DNA from: a bacterium UBP13_UBA5359
Lineage (GTDB): Bacteria; UBP13; UBA5359
Reading direction: 5' to 3'
DNA: 64,000 nucleotides
Assembly (NCBI GenBank): GCA_002410925.1
Contig: DHPR01000033.1
Location: 142,397-206,396 of the forward strand
Shown one piece after another: positions 10,025 to 19,266 of the stretch (position 1 is its first letter; each line of letters starts with the position of its first letter). A program made the translations under genes and the position numbers. A model generated the notes under the pieces. That model made no database searches. It saw only the letters and a list, made by a program, of their open reading frames with translations, and was not told where the DNA came from.

Positions 10025-10100
10025 GGTCGGGGCGGCGGGATTTGAACCCACGACCTCACGGTCCCGAACCGTGCGCTCTACCAAGCTGAGCCACGCCCCG
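10025..10100 (-). tRNA. tRNA-Pro (anticodon CGG)
   Basis: Minus-strand CGGGGCGTGGCTCAGCTTGGTAGAGCGCACGGTTCGGGACCGTGAGGTCGTGGGTTCAAATCCCGCCGCCCCGACCA. Cloverleaf with anticodon loop TTCGGGA and an encoded CCA. Confidence 0.85.
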
Positions 10101-10116
10101 ATAAAAGACAGCCTGT

Positions 10117-10150
10117 ATTTTACCACCTTTTTATAATTTTGGGAAGGGTG
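10117..10150 (-). promoter_or_regulatory. Extended -10 promoter (TGGTAAAAT) for tRNA-Pro(CGG)
   Basis: Minus-strand TGGTAAAAT lies about 17 nt upstream of the mature tRNA 5' end. The -35 is weak (TTCCCA). Confidence 0.35.
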
Positions 10151-10178
10151 ATGAATTCGTTTAAGGTTTTGGCTAAGC

Positions 10179-11567
10179 CTACACCGATATAAGCTTACCT
10201 TCCCGCTTGAGAATATCTCTGGCTGCCAGAACGCCGGATACGGATGCCTGAATCAGTCCTCTGGTCAACCCCGCTCCATCGCCTATGGCATAAAGACCGC
10301 TTATCTCTGTTTCCAGCTTATCGGTTACCTTTAATTTGGAGGAGTAAAACTTTACCTCAGCTCCGTAAAGCAAAGTATGCCTGGAATACACACCCGGCGC
10401 CAGCACATCCAGCGCCTGAAGCATCTCAATAATATCGGTCAGATAGCGATAAGGCAATACAAAGCTCAAATCTCCCGGAGAGGCGCTGGATAGAGATGGC
10501 TTTATGATACTGCTGGCTATACGCTCCGGGGTAGAACGCCTGCCGTTGAGCAGATCTCCGAGCCGTTGAACTATAACGGTTCCTCCCAGCATGTTAGCCA
10601 GCCTGGCCATATATCGACCGTAATCAATAGGTTCATGAAAGGGCTCTGTAAAAGGAGTGCTGACTAAAAGTGCAAAATTGGTCTTGTCGCTCTTTTGATT
10701 GGCATAGCTATGTCCGTTCACAGTTATGACACCGTTATTGTGCTCAGTCACCACTTCACCGTTGGGACAGACACAGAACGTACGTATCTGATCATCAAAA
10801 CGCTTGCTGTAATAAAGGAGCTTCGGTTCATAAACTATATCCGTGATATGGCGCATGATCTCTGAAGGCAGCTCCACTCTGACGCCGATATCCACCGGAT
10901 TATTGATAGTAATCAGGCGAAGTCTGGCAGCTTCTGATGCCAGCCATGAAGACCCTTCTCTGCCTGGCGCAGCCACCACGTACCTGCCTCTGTATTCACC
11001 ACTGGATGTCGATACCCCGACAATGCGTCCATTCTCAACCAGCAGATGCTCAACAGCAGTCTCCATAGCCAGGGAGATCTTATTATCAAGATATTCGCGT
11101 ATGCCCTTTAAAACGCGCCCACCGCCGTCACTTCCCATATGCCGAATACGGGCTGATACCAGCTTGAGCTCGGCCTTTACTGCCAGGCGGGCAATCCTGG
11201 CAATATCGTCATCATTGGTTCCGTAAGTGGTGGTTGGAGCGCCGTATTCCAGATAGAGACGATCAACATAATCAATCAAGCCTATTAACGTCTCTTCGGA
11301 AATATATCTATCCAATTGTCCTCCTACGTCGGGAGAAAGAGTCAGCTTGCCATCGCTGAAGGCGCCTGCCCCTCCCCAGCCGCAGAGAAGTGAACATGGA
11401 TCACAAGCAACGCATGCTTTTGAAGGCCACCTGCCCGGGCATTTTCGCGCATCTATATCCAGGCCTTTATCAATCAGAAGTATCTTCAATCCATCCTGCT
11501 TGACCATTTCCAGAGCCGCAAATATGCCGGCCGGACCAGCCCCTACGATAATGACGTCATATTGCAT
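10179..11567 (-). CDS. FAD-dependent protein (COG2509-type uncharacterised dehydrogenase)
   Basis: YDVIIVGAGPAGIFAA dinucleotide-binding motif. ATG at 11567 is preceded by a GGAGG RBS. Confidence 0.7.
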   Translation of the reverse strand: MQYDVIIVGAGPAGIFAALEMVKQDGLKILLIDKGLDIDARKCPGRWPSKACVACDPCSLLCGWGGAGAFSDGKLTLSPDVGGQLDRYISEETLIGLIDYVDRLYLEYGAPTTTYGTNDDDIARIARLAVKAELKLVSARIRHMGSDGGGRVLKGIREYLDNKISLAMETAVEHLLVENGRIVGVSTSSGEYRGRYVVAAPGREGSSWLASEAARLRLITINNPVDIGVRVELPSEIMRHITDIVYEPKLLYYSKRFDDQIRTFCVCPNGEVVTEHNNGVITVNGHSYANQKSDKTNFALLVSTPFTEPFHEPIDYGRYMARLANMLGGTVIVQRLGDLLNGRRSTPERIASSIIKPSLSSASPGDLSFVLPYRYLTDIIEMLQALDVLAPGVYSRHTLLYGAEVKFYSSKLKVTDKLETEISGLYAIGDGAGLTRGLIQASVSGVLAARDILKREGKLISV

Positions 11568-11762
11568 GGGTTTCCTCCTGCCGGATGTTAAGATAGTAAT
11601 GTAATAATCCACCCTTTATCTACCCTGCTGATCAGCAGGGTAAACGAATATATTTATATAAAGCGAAGATAATTCAGAGCGTTAGGCATAAGAATTCAGC
11701 AGCCGCCAGATGCATAGCCGGATATAGATGAAAGCTATTTTGACTTCCGGCTTTAAATATTA

Positions 11763-11839
11763 TGGTCGGGGCGACTGGATTCGAACCAGCGGCCTCTTGA
11801 ACCCCATTCAAGCGCGCTGCCAAGCTGCGCCACGCCCCG
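11763..11839 (-). tRNA. tRNA-Pro (anticodon GGG)
   Basis: Minus-strand CGGGGCGTGGCGCAGCTTGGCAGCGCGCTTGAATGGGGTTCAAGAGGCCGCTGGTTCGAATCCAGTCGCCCCGACCA, anticodon loop ATGGGGT. Upstream promoter on the minus strand: TTGTCA, 17-nt spacer, TATAAT. Confidence 0.85.
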
Positions 11840-11903
11840 ATACGCAGCTTATTATATCAAATCAAACTCTCGTTGACAACAAGGATCAACACACAGATAC
11901 CTA

Positions 11904-13967
11904 TTATAGGGTTTTACCGCTATTCTCAACATCAAGCAATCTGTAACGATATAACCGGAAGGAATTCTTTTTGGGCAGATGCACAGTAAGAGACCCTCTC
12001 TTTCCCAGAGCAACTTCCCGCTCTATCTCAGAATGCGAAAGGCATTGCCAATTAATTCTGCATCTATCCAGAAATTTCAGGGCAAATCGATATCTTTCTT
12101 TAGGATTCGATCCCCGGTAAATTACAACAAAGCCGGACCCTGTCGATAGATCATGTGATTGAAAGCCTGACCAGGAAGATTCGTCGGGTTTTTGGCCGAC
12201 AGGGAAGATGTCGCCTGCAAATATTTCACTTCTATATTGCTTATGAAGAGCCATTACCCGGCCGATGGCTGTCCTGGTCTCGGGAGAGCATTCCGACGGG
12301 TTGCCCCAGAAAAGCGGATTGGCAAAAAGAGATAAGGCTGTCACATATTCTTGGGAAAAGTCTTCCGGATAAGTGCTTTCGACATAGCTTTCCGCTCTGG
12401 CCTTAGCAATATCCGGAAACTCTACTTGCAGGCGTTGAGTAGGAATATAGCGGCTTAGTGACCACAGGTTAGCCAAAGTGCGCCAGGGAAAATATTGCGT
12501 TGCCGCTTGACGATCCTGGTATCGGTTTTCAAGAAAGATGTTGCCGTATTCATGAAACATAAAGTAACCGGGACGCATCCCATTTGTGGTATCCAGATTA
12601 AAATAGATCTCTCCGTTTGAACGTTGGCGCAAAGTAAAGAAGAGCTTGCGTAAGTTCTCTTCTGCTTCACGACTGTTGATAAACATGGCATCTATCTTGA
12701 AGATACGAATTCCATATTTTTTATATAAATCGAAGAGCAGGTCTGCCTGCGCAGCCCAATCGCGATAACGCTTATTGAATGATGGTGCAAACCATAGGCA
12801 TAGTTCAGTCCGATTTCTTCTAGCAGCAGAGGAAATTACGCTAAAGCCCTCCGGGAATATATCCTGGCGTATATCCCAGGCCTCTTTGCCAAGGGGCCTG
12901 TTTTTCAGACTCAGCTCAGCCAGGCCTCGGCACTCCTGCCAACCATCGTCAACCTGGTAACGCTCTATACCCATTTCACCGCAGGCTTGTAACTCTTTCT
13001 CTATATATCTGTCTCTCACATTTTCATACCAGCGTGCGCCGTTACCGCCCCATGGGTTGGCCATTATCATGGCATTCTTCTCTATATCCATTTTAAAGCG
13101 TTGATTGAAGTAGCGCCGAAGTTCCAGATACCCTTGATCCATATTCTCTCGAAAGCATCCTGTTACATGGAGATAGCTGGTAAAAGCATTCTGATCAAAC
13201 TCACTGGGCAGAATTCCCCAGCCACAGCTTTTAACGGTATTTCCCTGCAGAATAAAATCCCCCTTTCCTTCTCGCCTTCTCTCAGAGCTGGAAGGGGCCT
13301 CCTGTAAGATAAATAATCCTGCATTGCTATTCGTCTCCTGAATAAAAAGAAGATTGCCTTGGAGCGACCGTCTGCCGGCATCCTTTTTGCAAATAAAATC
13401 GGTTTCCTTCACTAAATGATTGGAGTAATCTGTCCGGCCGTTGAATCTGACACACCGCATACGATACTGCTCATTCCTAAGTCGCAGAATATCTACGGCA
13501 TTTTCCATGCTGCGAAAGCTGATCTCAGATTCATGCTTTTCTATCAGATTATAGCCGTTTGGGCATACAGGCGTTTGTATCACAATTCGGGTAGCGATGG
13601 CGGCAACTCCGGGATAGATAAAATACTCCCGGTTCAATTTCAACTCCTGTACTGCATCATAAAAAGATAAAGTCACCTTCAGAGAGTCATGCTGATATAG
13701 ATCGCCGGAAATAATTTCGCTCTCAACCCCCTTGCATTGCAAACGTACCGGTTGGCAATCATAGCTCTCCAGCAAGGCGGTATAAAAGAAATCATGTTCC
13801 TCTTCCAACGGTATTGTCCACTCTTTATTGCTCTCTTTGTGCTGAAAAGATATCGTGCGGCAAAAGCCGTTTTTAACAGAGATTATGCGTAAGATCTCTT
13901 TATTCTCTATTCGGATAACATCATCTTTCCAGCTTGCCTGGCAATCTTTGAATTGTGAACAATTCAT
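11904..13967 (-). CDS. Glycoside hydrolase, GH36/melibiase-like (alpha-galactosidase-like), cytoplasmic
   Basis: YQVDDGW and FKIDAM motifs resemble the DDGW and KWD catalytic motifs of the melibiase family. No signal peptide. The family assignment is tentative. Confidence 0.4.
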   Translation of the reverse strand: MNCSQFKDCQASWKDDVIRIENKEILRIISVKNGFCRTISFQHKESNKEWTIPLEEEHDFFYTALLESYDCQPVRLQCKGVESEIISGDLYQHDSLKVTLSFYDAVQELKLNREYFIYPGVAAIATRIVIQTPVCPNGYNLIEKHESEISFRSMENAVDILRLRNEQYRMRCVRFNGRTDYSNHLVKETDFICKKDAGRRSLQGNLLFIQETNSNAGLFILQEAPSSSERRREGKGDFILQGNTVKSCGWGILPSEFDQNAFTSYLHVTGCFRENMDQGYLELRRYFNQRFKMDIEKNAMIMANPWGGNGARWYENVRDRYIEKELQACGEMGIERYQVDDGWQECRGLAELSLKNRPLGKEAWDIRQDIFPEGFSVISSAARRNRTELCLWFAPSFNKRYRDWAAQADLLFDLYKKYGIRIFKIDAMFINSREAEENLRKLFFTLRQRSNGEIYFNLDTTNGMRPGYFMFHEYGNIFLENRYQDRQAATQYFPWRTLANLWSLSRYIPTQRLQVEFPDIAKARAESYVESTYPEDFSQEYVTALSLFANPLFWGNPSECSPETRTAIGRVMALHKQYRSEIFAGDIFPVGQKPDESSWSGFQSHDLSTGSGFVVIYRGSNPKERYRFALKFLDRCRINWQCLSHSEIEREVALGKRGSLTVHLPKKNSFRLYRYRLLDVENSGKTL

Positions 13968-14000
13968 GTTAACAACCTCGAATCAAAAATATTTGTTGTA

Positions 14001-15002
14001 TCAGCGGATCTCCGGTTTAGGCTGTCGCATCATCAGAGCGGGCACCACCCGGTAGGGGTCCTTCCCCTCGTAGAGGACGGCATGGATTTCTGCTGTTACC
14101 GGCATCTCTATGCCCATTCTGAGCGCCAGCAGATGCGTTGCTCTGGCAGTAGGCATGCCTTCCACTACCATATGCGTCTTGCTGAGCGTTCCGGCCACTT
14201 CATCACCCTTGCCTATTGCCTCACCGAAACATCTGTTACGGCTGTGGCGGCTCATAGAGGTAACCATCAGATCTCCTAAACCTGAGAGCCCGTAAAAGGT
14301 TTCCTGACATGCTCCAAGAGCCTTACCCATACGCACCATCTCTACCAGGCATCTTGTCAGCAGAGCCGCCCTGGTGTTATCACCAAATCCCAAACCATCG
14401 CTCATGCCGGCCCCAATAGCCATAATATTTTTAAGAGCTCCTCCCAGCTCCACTCCAATCAGATCATCGTTGGTATAGACTCTGAAATAATCGGTCATCA
14501 AGATATGCTGTGCCTTGAGAGATGCTTCCGGTGGTCCGGCAATGACGCTGGCTGTCGGTATACGACGCACCACCTCTCTGGATATGTTGGGTCCGGAAAG
14601 AGCTGTCACTCTGGAAGGATTTCCCAGAATATCAACCAAAATTTCCGTCATTCTAAGGCCAGTGTCTACCTCTATTCCTTTAGTGGCGCTGACTATTACG
14701 GATTCCATGTTCAAAAATGGTAAAATTTGATGAGCAATTGCTCGCATTGATGATGAGGGAACGGCAATAATTACCAGAGGTGCCTTTTCAAGTGCCCAGG
14801 CTATATCGGAGGTCGGCCTCAAATTCTCCGGAAAGAGAGAGCCCGGGAGATAAAGCTTGTTCTCTTCAGCATGTTTCATCTCTTCGGCATGCTCCAGCCT
14901 TCTTGCCCAGAGTTTAACCGCATAGCCGCTTGAGGCCAGCATCAATGCCAATGTTGTGCCCCAGCTGCCTGCTCCTATTACACATACTTCTGCCTTACTC
15001 AT
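14001..15002 (-). CDS. gpsA: NAD(P)H-dependent glycerol-3-phosphate dehydrogenase
   Basis: N-terminal VIGAGSWGTTLA and full-length similarity to GpsA. Confidence 0.9.
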   Translation of the reverse strand: MSKAEVCVIGAGSWGTTLALMLASSGYAVKLWARRLEHAEEMKHAEENKLYLPGSLFPENLRPTSDIAWALEKAPLVIIAVPSSSMRAIAHQILPFLNMESVIVSATKGIEVDTGLRMTEILVDILGNPSRVTALSGPNISREVVRRIPTASVIAGPPEASLKAQHILMTDYFRVYTNDDLIGVELGGALKNIMAIGAGMSDGLGFGDNTRAALLTRCLVEMVRMGKALGACQETFYGLSGLGDLMVTSMSRHSRNRCFGEAIGKGDEVAGTLSKTHMVVEGMPTARATHLLALRMGIEMPVTAEIHAVLYEGKDPYRVVPALMMRQPKPEIR

Positions 15003-15052
15003 ACTCTCTCATCCAATGCCTTTAATTCAGTCGGAGAAATCGTCGCATGAAA

Positions 15053-15688
15053 TCAACAACCGTCGCTCTCAGATTGCTCAACCGGCAACGTTACCCGTTT
15101 ACCAAAGCGGTTCTCTGTTCCCGCCAAGAGGCGCCGTATATTCTCCTTGTGTCGCAACACTGCCCACAAGGAAGCAAATACTCCAAAGGCCAGCACGGGC
15201 TTCTGGCAGTGAAAATATACCATAATCAACGGAAGAGAGAGAGCTGCCGTCACGGATGCCAGAGATACGTAGCGGCTTACAGTCAGCACAAGCAGCCAGA
15301 TAACGGCGCATGCCCCGGCAACGGCGGGCGATAAGCCCAATAATACTCCCAGAGTAGTAGATATGCCTTTCCCGCCTCTAAAGCCCAGCCAGATGGAACG
15401 ATTATGTCCCAGCAGTGCAGCCGTACCGGCTAGAACAGAGAGCGGAGATCCTCCCACTTGCAGGCCGATGATTGCCGGTATCCATCCTTTGGCCGCATCC
15501 AGCAGCATAGCTGTAATACCGCACGGATATCCCAGAAGACGCAGCGCATTGGTAGCGCCGATATTGCCACTGCCATGGCGCCTGATATCTATGCCGCGTA
15601 CCGCCATGCCTATAAGCAATCCGAAGGGAATAGATCCTATTAAATAAGATATCGTAATAATAATAATCGTCTTATACATTTTAATCAC
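15053..15688 (-). CDS. plsY: Glycerol-3-phosphate acyltransferase PlsY
   Basis: YLIGSIPFG motif and a multi-TM protein of about 200 aa. Confidence 0.85.
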   Translation of the reverse strand: MIKMYKTIIIITISYLIGSIPFGLLIGMAVRGIDIRRHGSGNIGATNALRLLGYPCGITAMLLDAAKGWIPAIIGLQVGGSPLSVLAGTAALLGHNRSIWLGFRGGKGISTTLGVLLGLSPAVAGACAVIWLLVLTVSRYVSLASVTAALSLPLIMVYFHCQKPVLAFGVFASLWAVLRHKENIRRLLAGTENRFGKRVTLPVEQSESDGC

Positions 15689-17021
15689 GCTTCTTAAATA
15701 TAATCCTTAGCGGCGTTCCTTCAAAATCAAAAGCGTTCCGCAGGCGATTCTCGAGATAACGCTTATAAGAAAAATGCAAAAGCACCGTATCGTTAACATA
15801 GATAAGTATGGTCGGCGGATGCACCTGTGGTTGCGTCGCATAGTAAAGCTTCAACCGCCTGCCTTTGAAGTGTGCCGGTGGATGCTCAACCAAGGCATCA
15901 TGAAGCACCTTATTCAAGGCTGCAGTAGTTACGCGCTGTCCTCCCTTATCATAGACCTCGGCCACTTTATTTAAAAGGCCTTCCATACCCCTTCCAGTTT
16001 TAGCGGAGGCTATAACTATAGGAGCAAAGCTGTAAAAGGAGAGTTCACTTCTTATCAGAGTATAAATCTCCTGGCTCAGATCTTTGGCTGTTGTTCTAGA
16101 CCATTTAGGTATTTCTTCCTGAACAAGATCCCATTTATTGACTACGATAACGGCGCTCTTTGCCTTCTGTGCCGCATACCCGGCTATCTTCTTATCCTGT
16201 TCAGTCAGGCCTTCCACAGCATCAATTATAATCAGGCAGATATCTGCCCTGTCTATCGCTCGCAAGGCTCGCACAACGCTGTAATACTCGACATCGCTCT
16301 CCACTCTGGCCCGACGGCGCATGCCGGCCGTATCAATAAGTAAAAATTCACGACCATTATATGTAAAATAGCTATCTATAGCATCTCTGGTAGTTCCGGG
16401 AATATCACTGACGATAACACGCTCTCGCCCCAGAAGGGAATTCATAATAGAAGATTTCCCTACATTAGGCCTCCCTATTATGGCCACCTTTACGGCATTG
16501 GGCAGCGCCTCTTGATCGGATTGCAGCGGCAGCATCTGTAATATTTCATCAAGAAGATCACCGGTATTGATGCCATGTAGCGATGAAACGGGTAACGGTT
16601 CACCCAAGCCTAATTCATAAAAGTCATAAACAAGATTGAACATACCGGTATTATCTATCTTGTTGACCACCAGTAAGACCGGTTTGCCGGATTCTCTAAG
16701 CTTTTGAGCAATTATGCGGTCATCCGGCAAGATACCCTGGCGACCATCTGTCAGGAAAATAATTGCATCGGCCTCTTCAATGCCGAATGAAAGCTGCTCT
16801 CTTATTCTCCCGGTCATGCTATCAGCAGAAGCTTCCTCATATCCACCAGTATCGATAAGAATGAACTCGCGCCCTGACCACTCGACTTCAGCATAAAGCC
16901 TATCTCTGGTCACACCGGGAACATCTTCAACAATAGCCAGCCGCCGGCTGATCAAACGGTTGAAGAGAGATGATTTACCGACATTAGGCCTTCCTATTAT
17001 GGCAACAACGGGTTTATGCAC
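15681..17021 (-). CDS. der: Ribosome-associated GTPase Der (EngA), tandem GTPase domains
   Basis: Two G-domains (GRPNVGKSS x2) and a KH-like C-terminus. Probable GTG start at 17021, giving VHKPVVAIIG. It overlaps the upstream gene by 8 nt. Confidence 0.9.
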   Translation of the reverse strand: MHKPVVAIIGRPNVGKSSLFNRLISRRLAIVEDVPGVTRDRLYAEVEWSGREFILIDTGGYEEASADSMTGRIREQLSFGIEEADAIIFLTDGRQGILPDDRIIAQKLRESGKPVLLVVNKIDNTGMFNLVYDFYELGLGEPLPVSSLHGINTGDLLDEILQMLPLQSDQEALPNAVKVAIIGRPNVGKSSIMNSLLGRERVIVSDIPGTTRDAIDSYFTYNGREFLLIDTAGMRRRARVESDVEYYSVVRALRAIDRADICLIIIDAVEGLTEQDKKIAGYAAQKAKSAVIVVNKWDLVQEEIPKWSRTTAKDLSQEIYTLIRSELSFYSFAPIVIASAKTGRGMEGLLNKVAEVYDKGGQRVTTAALNKVLHDALVEHPPAHFKGRRLKLYYATQPQVHPPTILIYVNDTVLLHFSYKRYLENRLRNAFDFEGTPLRIIFKKRD

Positions 17022-18309
17022 TGACAGATACCTCACATAAAAAATCGTATAGCGAGGATAAAAGCGGCTCAACGGTTCTGATTTTCATACCCGCTTTTTG
17101 TGATAGTTCTGATAGCGTAATATCGTCGATAAGCCTTGCTTCACGATCGACTGCATGCGCGGGTAGAACCAGAACATCGGGCACATATGACAATTCCGAC
17201 AGAGCAGCCAGCACATCTCGGCCGGACAAGAGCCCGCTGACGGAAACACGACCGCCAAAAAAATTGTTATCGACCGGTACGAGCCTCAGATCTATTCCTG
17301 TAGCCGCTACCAGGCGATTAATATAATCATTCAGATACGGCAACGGCAATCGACCGCATACCAGACTGACGATACCATTATAGAGCACTTTACCTGTTTG
17401 AGGCAAGATGCTCTCGGCATCCTCATTAAAGTTCCTGATAATGCCTATGCCGTTTTCATATTGCGGATAATCTTCATAGTAAGCATTATCTGGTATTTCC
17501 AGGCCGCTTAAGCTATACATCTCGTCGGAAGCATAAACAAGACCGCTGCCGTAAAGATCTTTGTTCTTTTCGTAGCGATCCCGGACAATAGCCAGCTGCT
17601 CTTCGGCCCATGCCGCTGTAAAAAGAAGATCATCGACATTCTTCTGGTATGCCGTTGTTCCCACAGGCACTACGGCTATGGATAAAAGTGCCGGGATAAG
17701 ATTGGAGAGATCATCAAGGCTGCGTTTAAGAATTTGACCATCATTTATTTGCGGGCAGATTACAAGCTGTGTGTGCATCTTAATATTTGAAGAAGCCAAC
17801 TCCTTCAATACCGGCATAATATTTCCAGCTGCGGAATTACCCATCAGCCTGACCCTTACGGAGGGATCGGTGGCCTGTACCGATATATAAAGCGGACTCA
17901 GGCGCAATTTCTTTATGCGCTCCAACTCATTTTTTGATAGATTAGTAGTGGTTATATAATTGCCGGCCAGGAAGGAGAGTCTGTAATCATCATCGCGTAT
18001 TCTGAGCGTCTCTCTTACACCGGGAGGTAATTGCTTCACAAAGCAAAAGAGACATCTGTTGGCGCAGGTTTTAACTTTGAACGAAGGGTCATCAACCGCC
18101 AGGCCAAATAGATAATCACCGGCTAAAGGCTCTGTTTCCGCCGTCACTCCATGGCGCTTATAAGTTATGACCTGACCATCCCCCGCGGACATAAATTTAA
18201 AATCGATTATATCATCGACGGTCTGGCCGTCGATTGCCAGGATCTCATCGCCCGGAAGTAAAATCGGGTGGTTTGAAGATTCCGAAGGGGCGAGAACGCG
18301 TACCGGCAT
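17014..18309 (-). CDS. DUF512-family protein with PDZ domain and radical-SAM-like Cys motif
   Basis: N-terminal PDZ-like region, CANRCLFCF motif and C-terminal DUF512-like region. This family is the conserved upstream neighbour of der in Firmicutes. Confidence 0.65.
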   Translation of the reverse strand: MPVRVLAPSESSNHPILLPGDEILAIDGQTVDDIIDFKFMSAGDGQVITYKRHGVTAETEPLAGDYLFGLAVDDPSFKVKTCANRCLFCFVKQLPPGVRETLRIRDDDYRLSFLAGNYITTTNLSKNELERIKKLRLSPLYISVQATDPSVRVRLMGNSAAGNIMPVLKELASSNIKMHTQLVICPQINDGQILKRSLDDLSNLIPALLSIAVVPVGTTAYQKNVDDLLFTAAWAEEQLAIVRDRYEKNKDLYGSGLVYASDEMYSLSGLEIPDNAYYEDYPQYENGIGIIRNFNEDAESILPQTGKVLYNGIVSLVCGRLPLPYLNDYINRLVAATGIDLRLVPVDNNFFGGRVSVSGLLSGRDVLAALSELSYVPDVLVLPAHAVDREARLIDDITLSELSQKAGMKIRTVEPLLSSLYDFLCEVSVSA

Positions 18310-19172
18310 TATTGTTCACCAGCTAGCTTTTCGATCTTTTGGAGGACATCGTTAATTATCCAATCCGGCGTCGAAGCCCCTGCTGAAACGCCTATACAGG
18401 CTGCTCCCTCAATATCCTTCCTGGCTATGCCCTCAGCAGTCTCCACGTGAAGAGTTTTCGTCTTCTCCTGACAAATATCGACAAGCCGATTGGTATTGGC
18501 GCTGTTAAATCCGCCTATGATTATCATCAGATCACATTCGGTTGCCAGCATGCCGGCATGATGCTGGCGCACCTCGGTAGCTTCACATATGGTATTGAAT
18601 ACTCGTGTTTCAGGAGCTCTGGCTGTCAAAGCGGCCGCTATCTCCTGCAATATAGAGAGACGCTGGGTAGTTTGCGCCAGCAAGGCATATTTTCTGTTGC
18701 ATGCAAGCTGCAGACAATCTGCAGCATTTTTTACCGTCAAAGCTTCATTTCCTGCACAGGCTAAAACGGCTTCCACTTCAGGATGCCCCCTATCACCAAG
18801 AATTACGACAGAGTAACCCTGTCCAGCCATATCCGCAGCTATCCGCTGAGCTTTAAGAACGAATGGGCAGGTGGCATCTATGACCTCCAGGTGCTTCTCT
18901 TTTGCCTCAGTCACTATGGTGGGAGCCGCTCCGTGCGATGGTATAAGCAAGGCTCCTTTATTTATTTCATCAAGAGAGGAGATTGTCGCAAGGCCTTCCG
19001 CCTCAAGACGTTGAATTACCTGAGGATTATGTATCAGGGGCCCCAGCGAGCATACAGAGTCGTTGTGGCTCTGCCTGACAGCATTGGTAGCTGTATTTAT
19101 AGCCCTTCTGACACCAAAGCAGAAGCCGGCTTTCTCTGCTAAAACTATCTTTACTTTCGACATAACTGCCAT
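18309..19172 (-). CDS. ispH: 4-hydroxy-3-methylbut-2-enyl diphosphate reductase
   Basis: Full-length IspH/LytB similarity with conserved Cys and His residues. A TGATATACT extended -10 sits just upstream. Confidence 0.9.
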   Translation of the reverse strand: MAVMSKVKIVLAEKAGFCFGVRRAINTATNAVRQSHNDSVCSLGPLIHNPQVIQRLEAEGLATISSLDEINKGALLIPSHGAAPTIVTEAKEKHLEVIDATCPFVLKAQRIAADMAGQGYSVVILGDRGHPEVEAVLACAGNEALTVKNAADCLQLACNRKYALLAQTTQRLSILQEIAAALTARAPETRVFNTICEATEVRQHHAGMLATECDLMIIIGGFNSANTNRLVDICQEKTKTLHVETAEGIARKDIEGAACIGVSAGASTPDWIINDVLQKIEKLAGEQ

Positions 19173-19201
19173 AGTATATCATGTATGCGGTCATTCGGGC
19201 A

Positions 19202-19238
19202 AAGGGAGCCGATATGCATTCATATTCCGGCTCCCTTG
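19202..19238 (-). terminator. Terminator-like hairpin downstream of the large secreted protein gene
   Basis: 10-bp GC-rich inverted repeat AAGGGAGCCG/CGGCTCCCTT with a palindromic loop, followed by an imperfect U-tract (UUUGCC). Confidence 0.4.
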
Positions 19239-19266
19239 ATATTTAACTTGTACAGGAAGTGAAGAT

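Noticed and set aside
9857-10126. N-terminal 90 aa of ORF 9266..10126
   Set aside because: This part reads through the tRNA-Pro(CGG) gene and its promoter. The sigma factor starts at the TTG at 9856.
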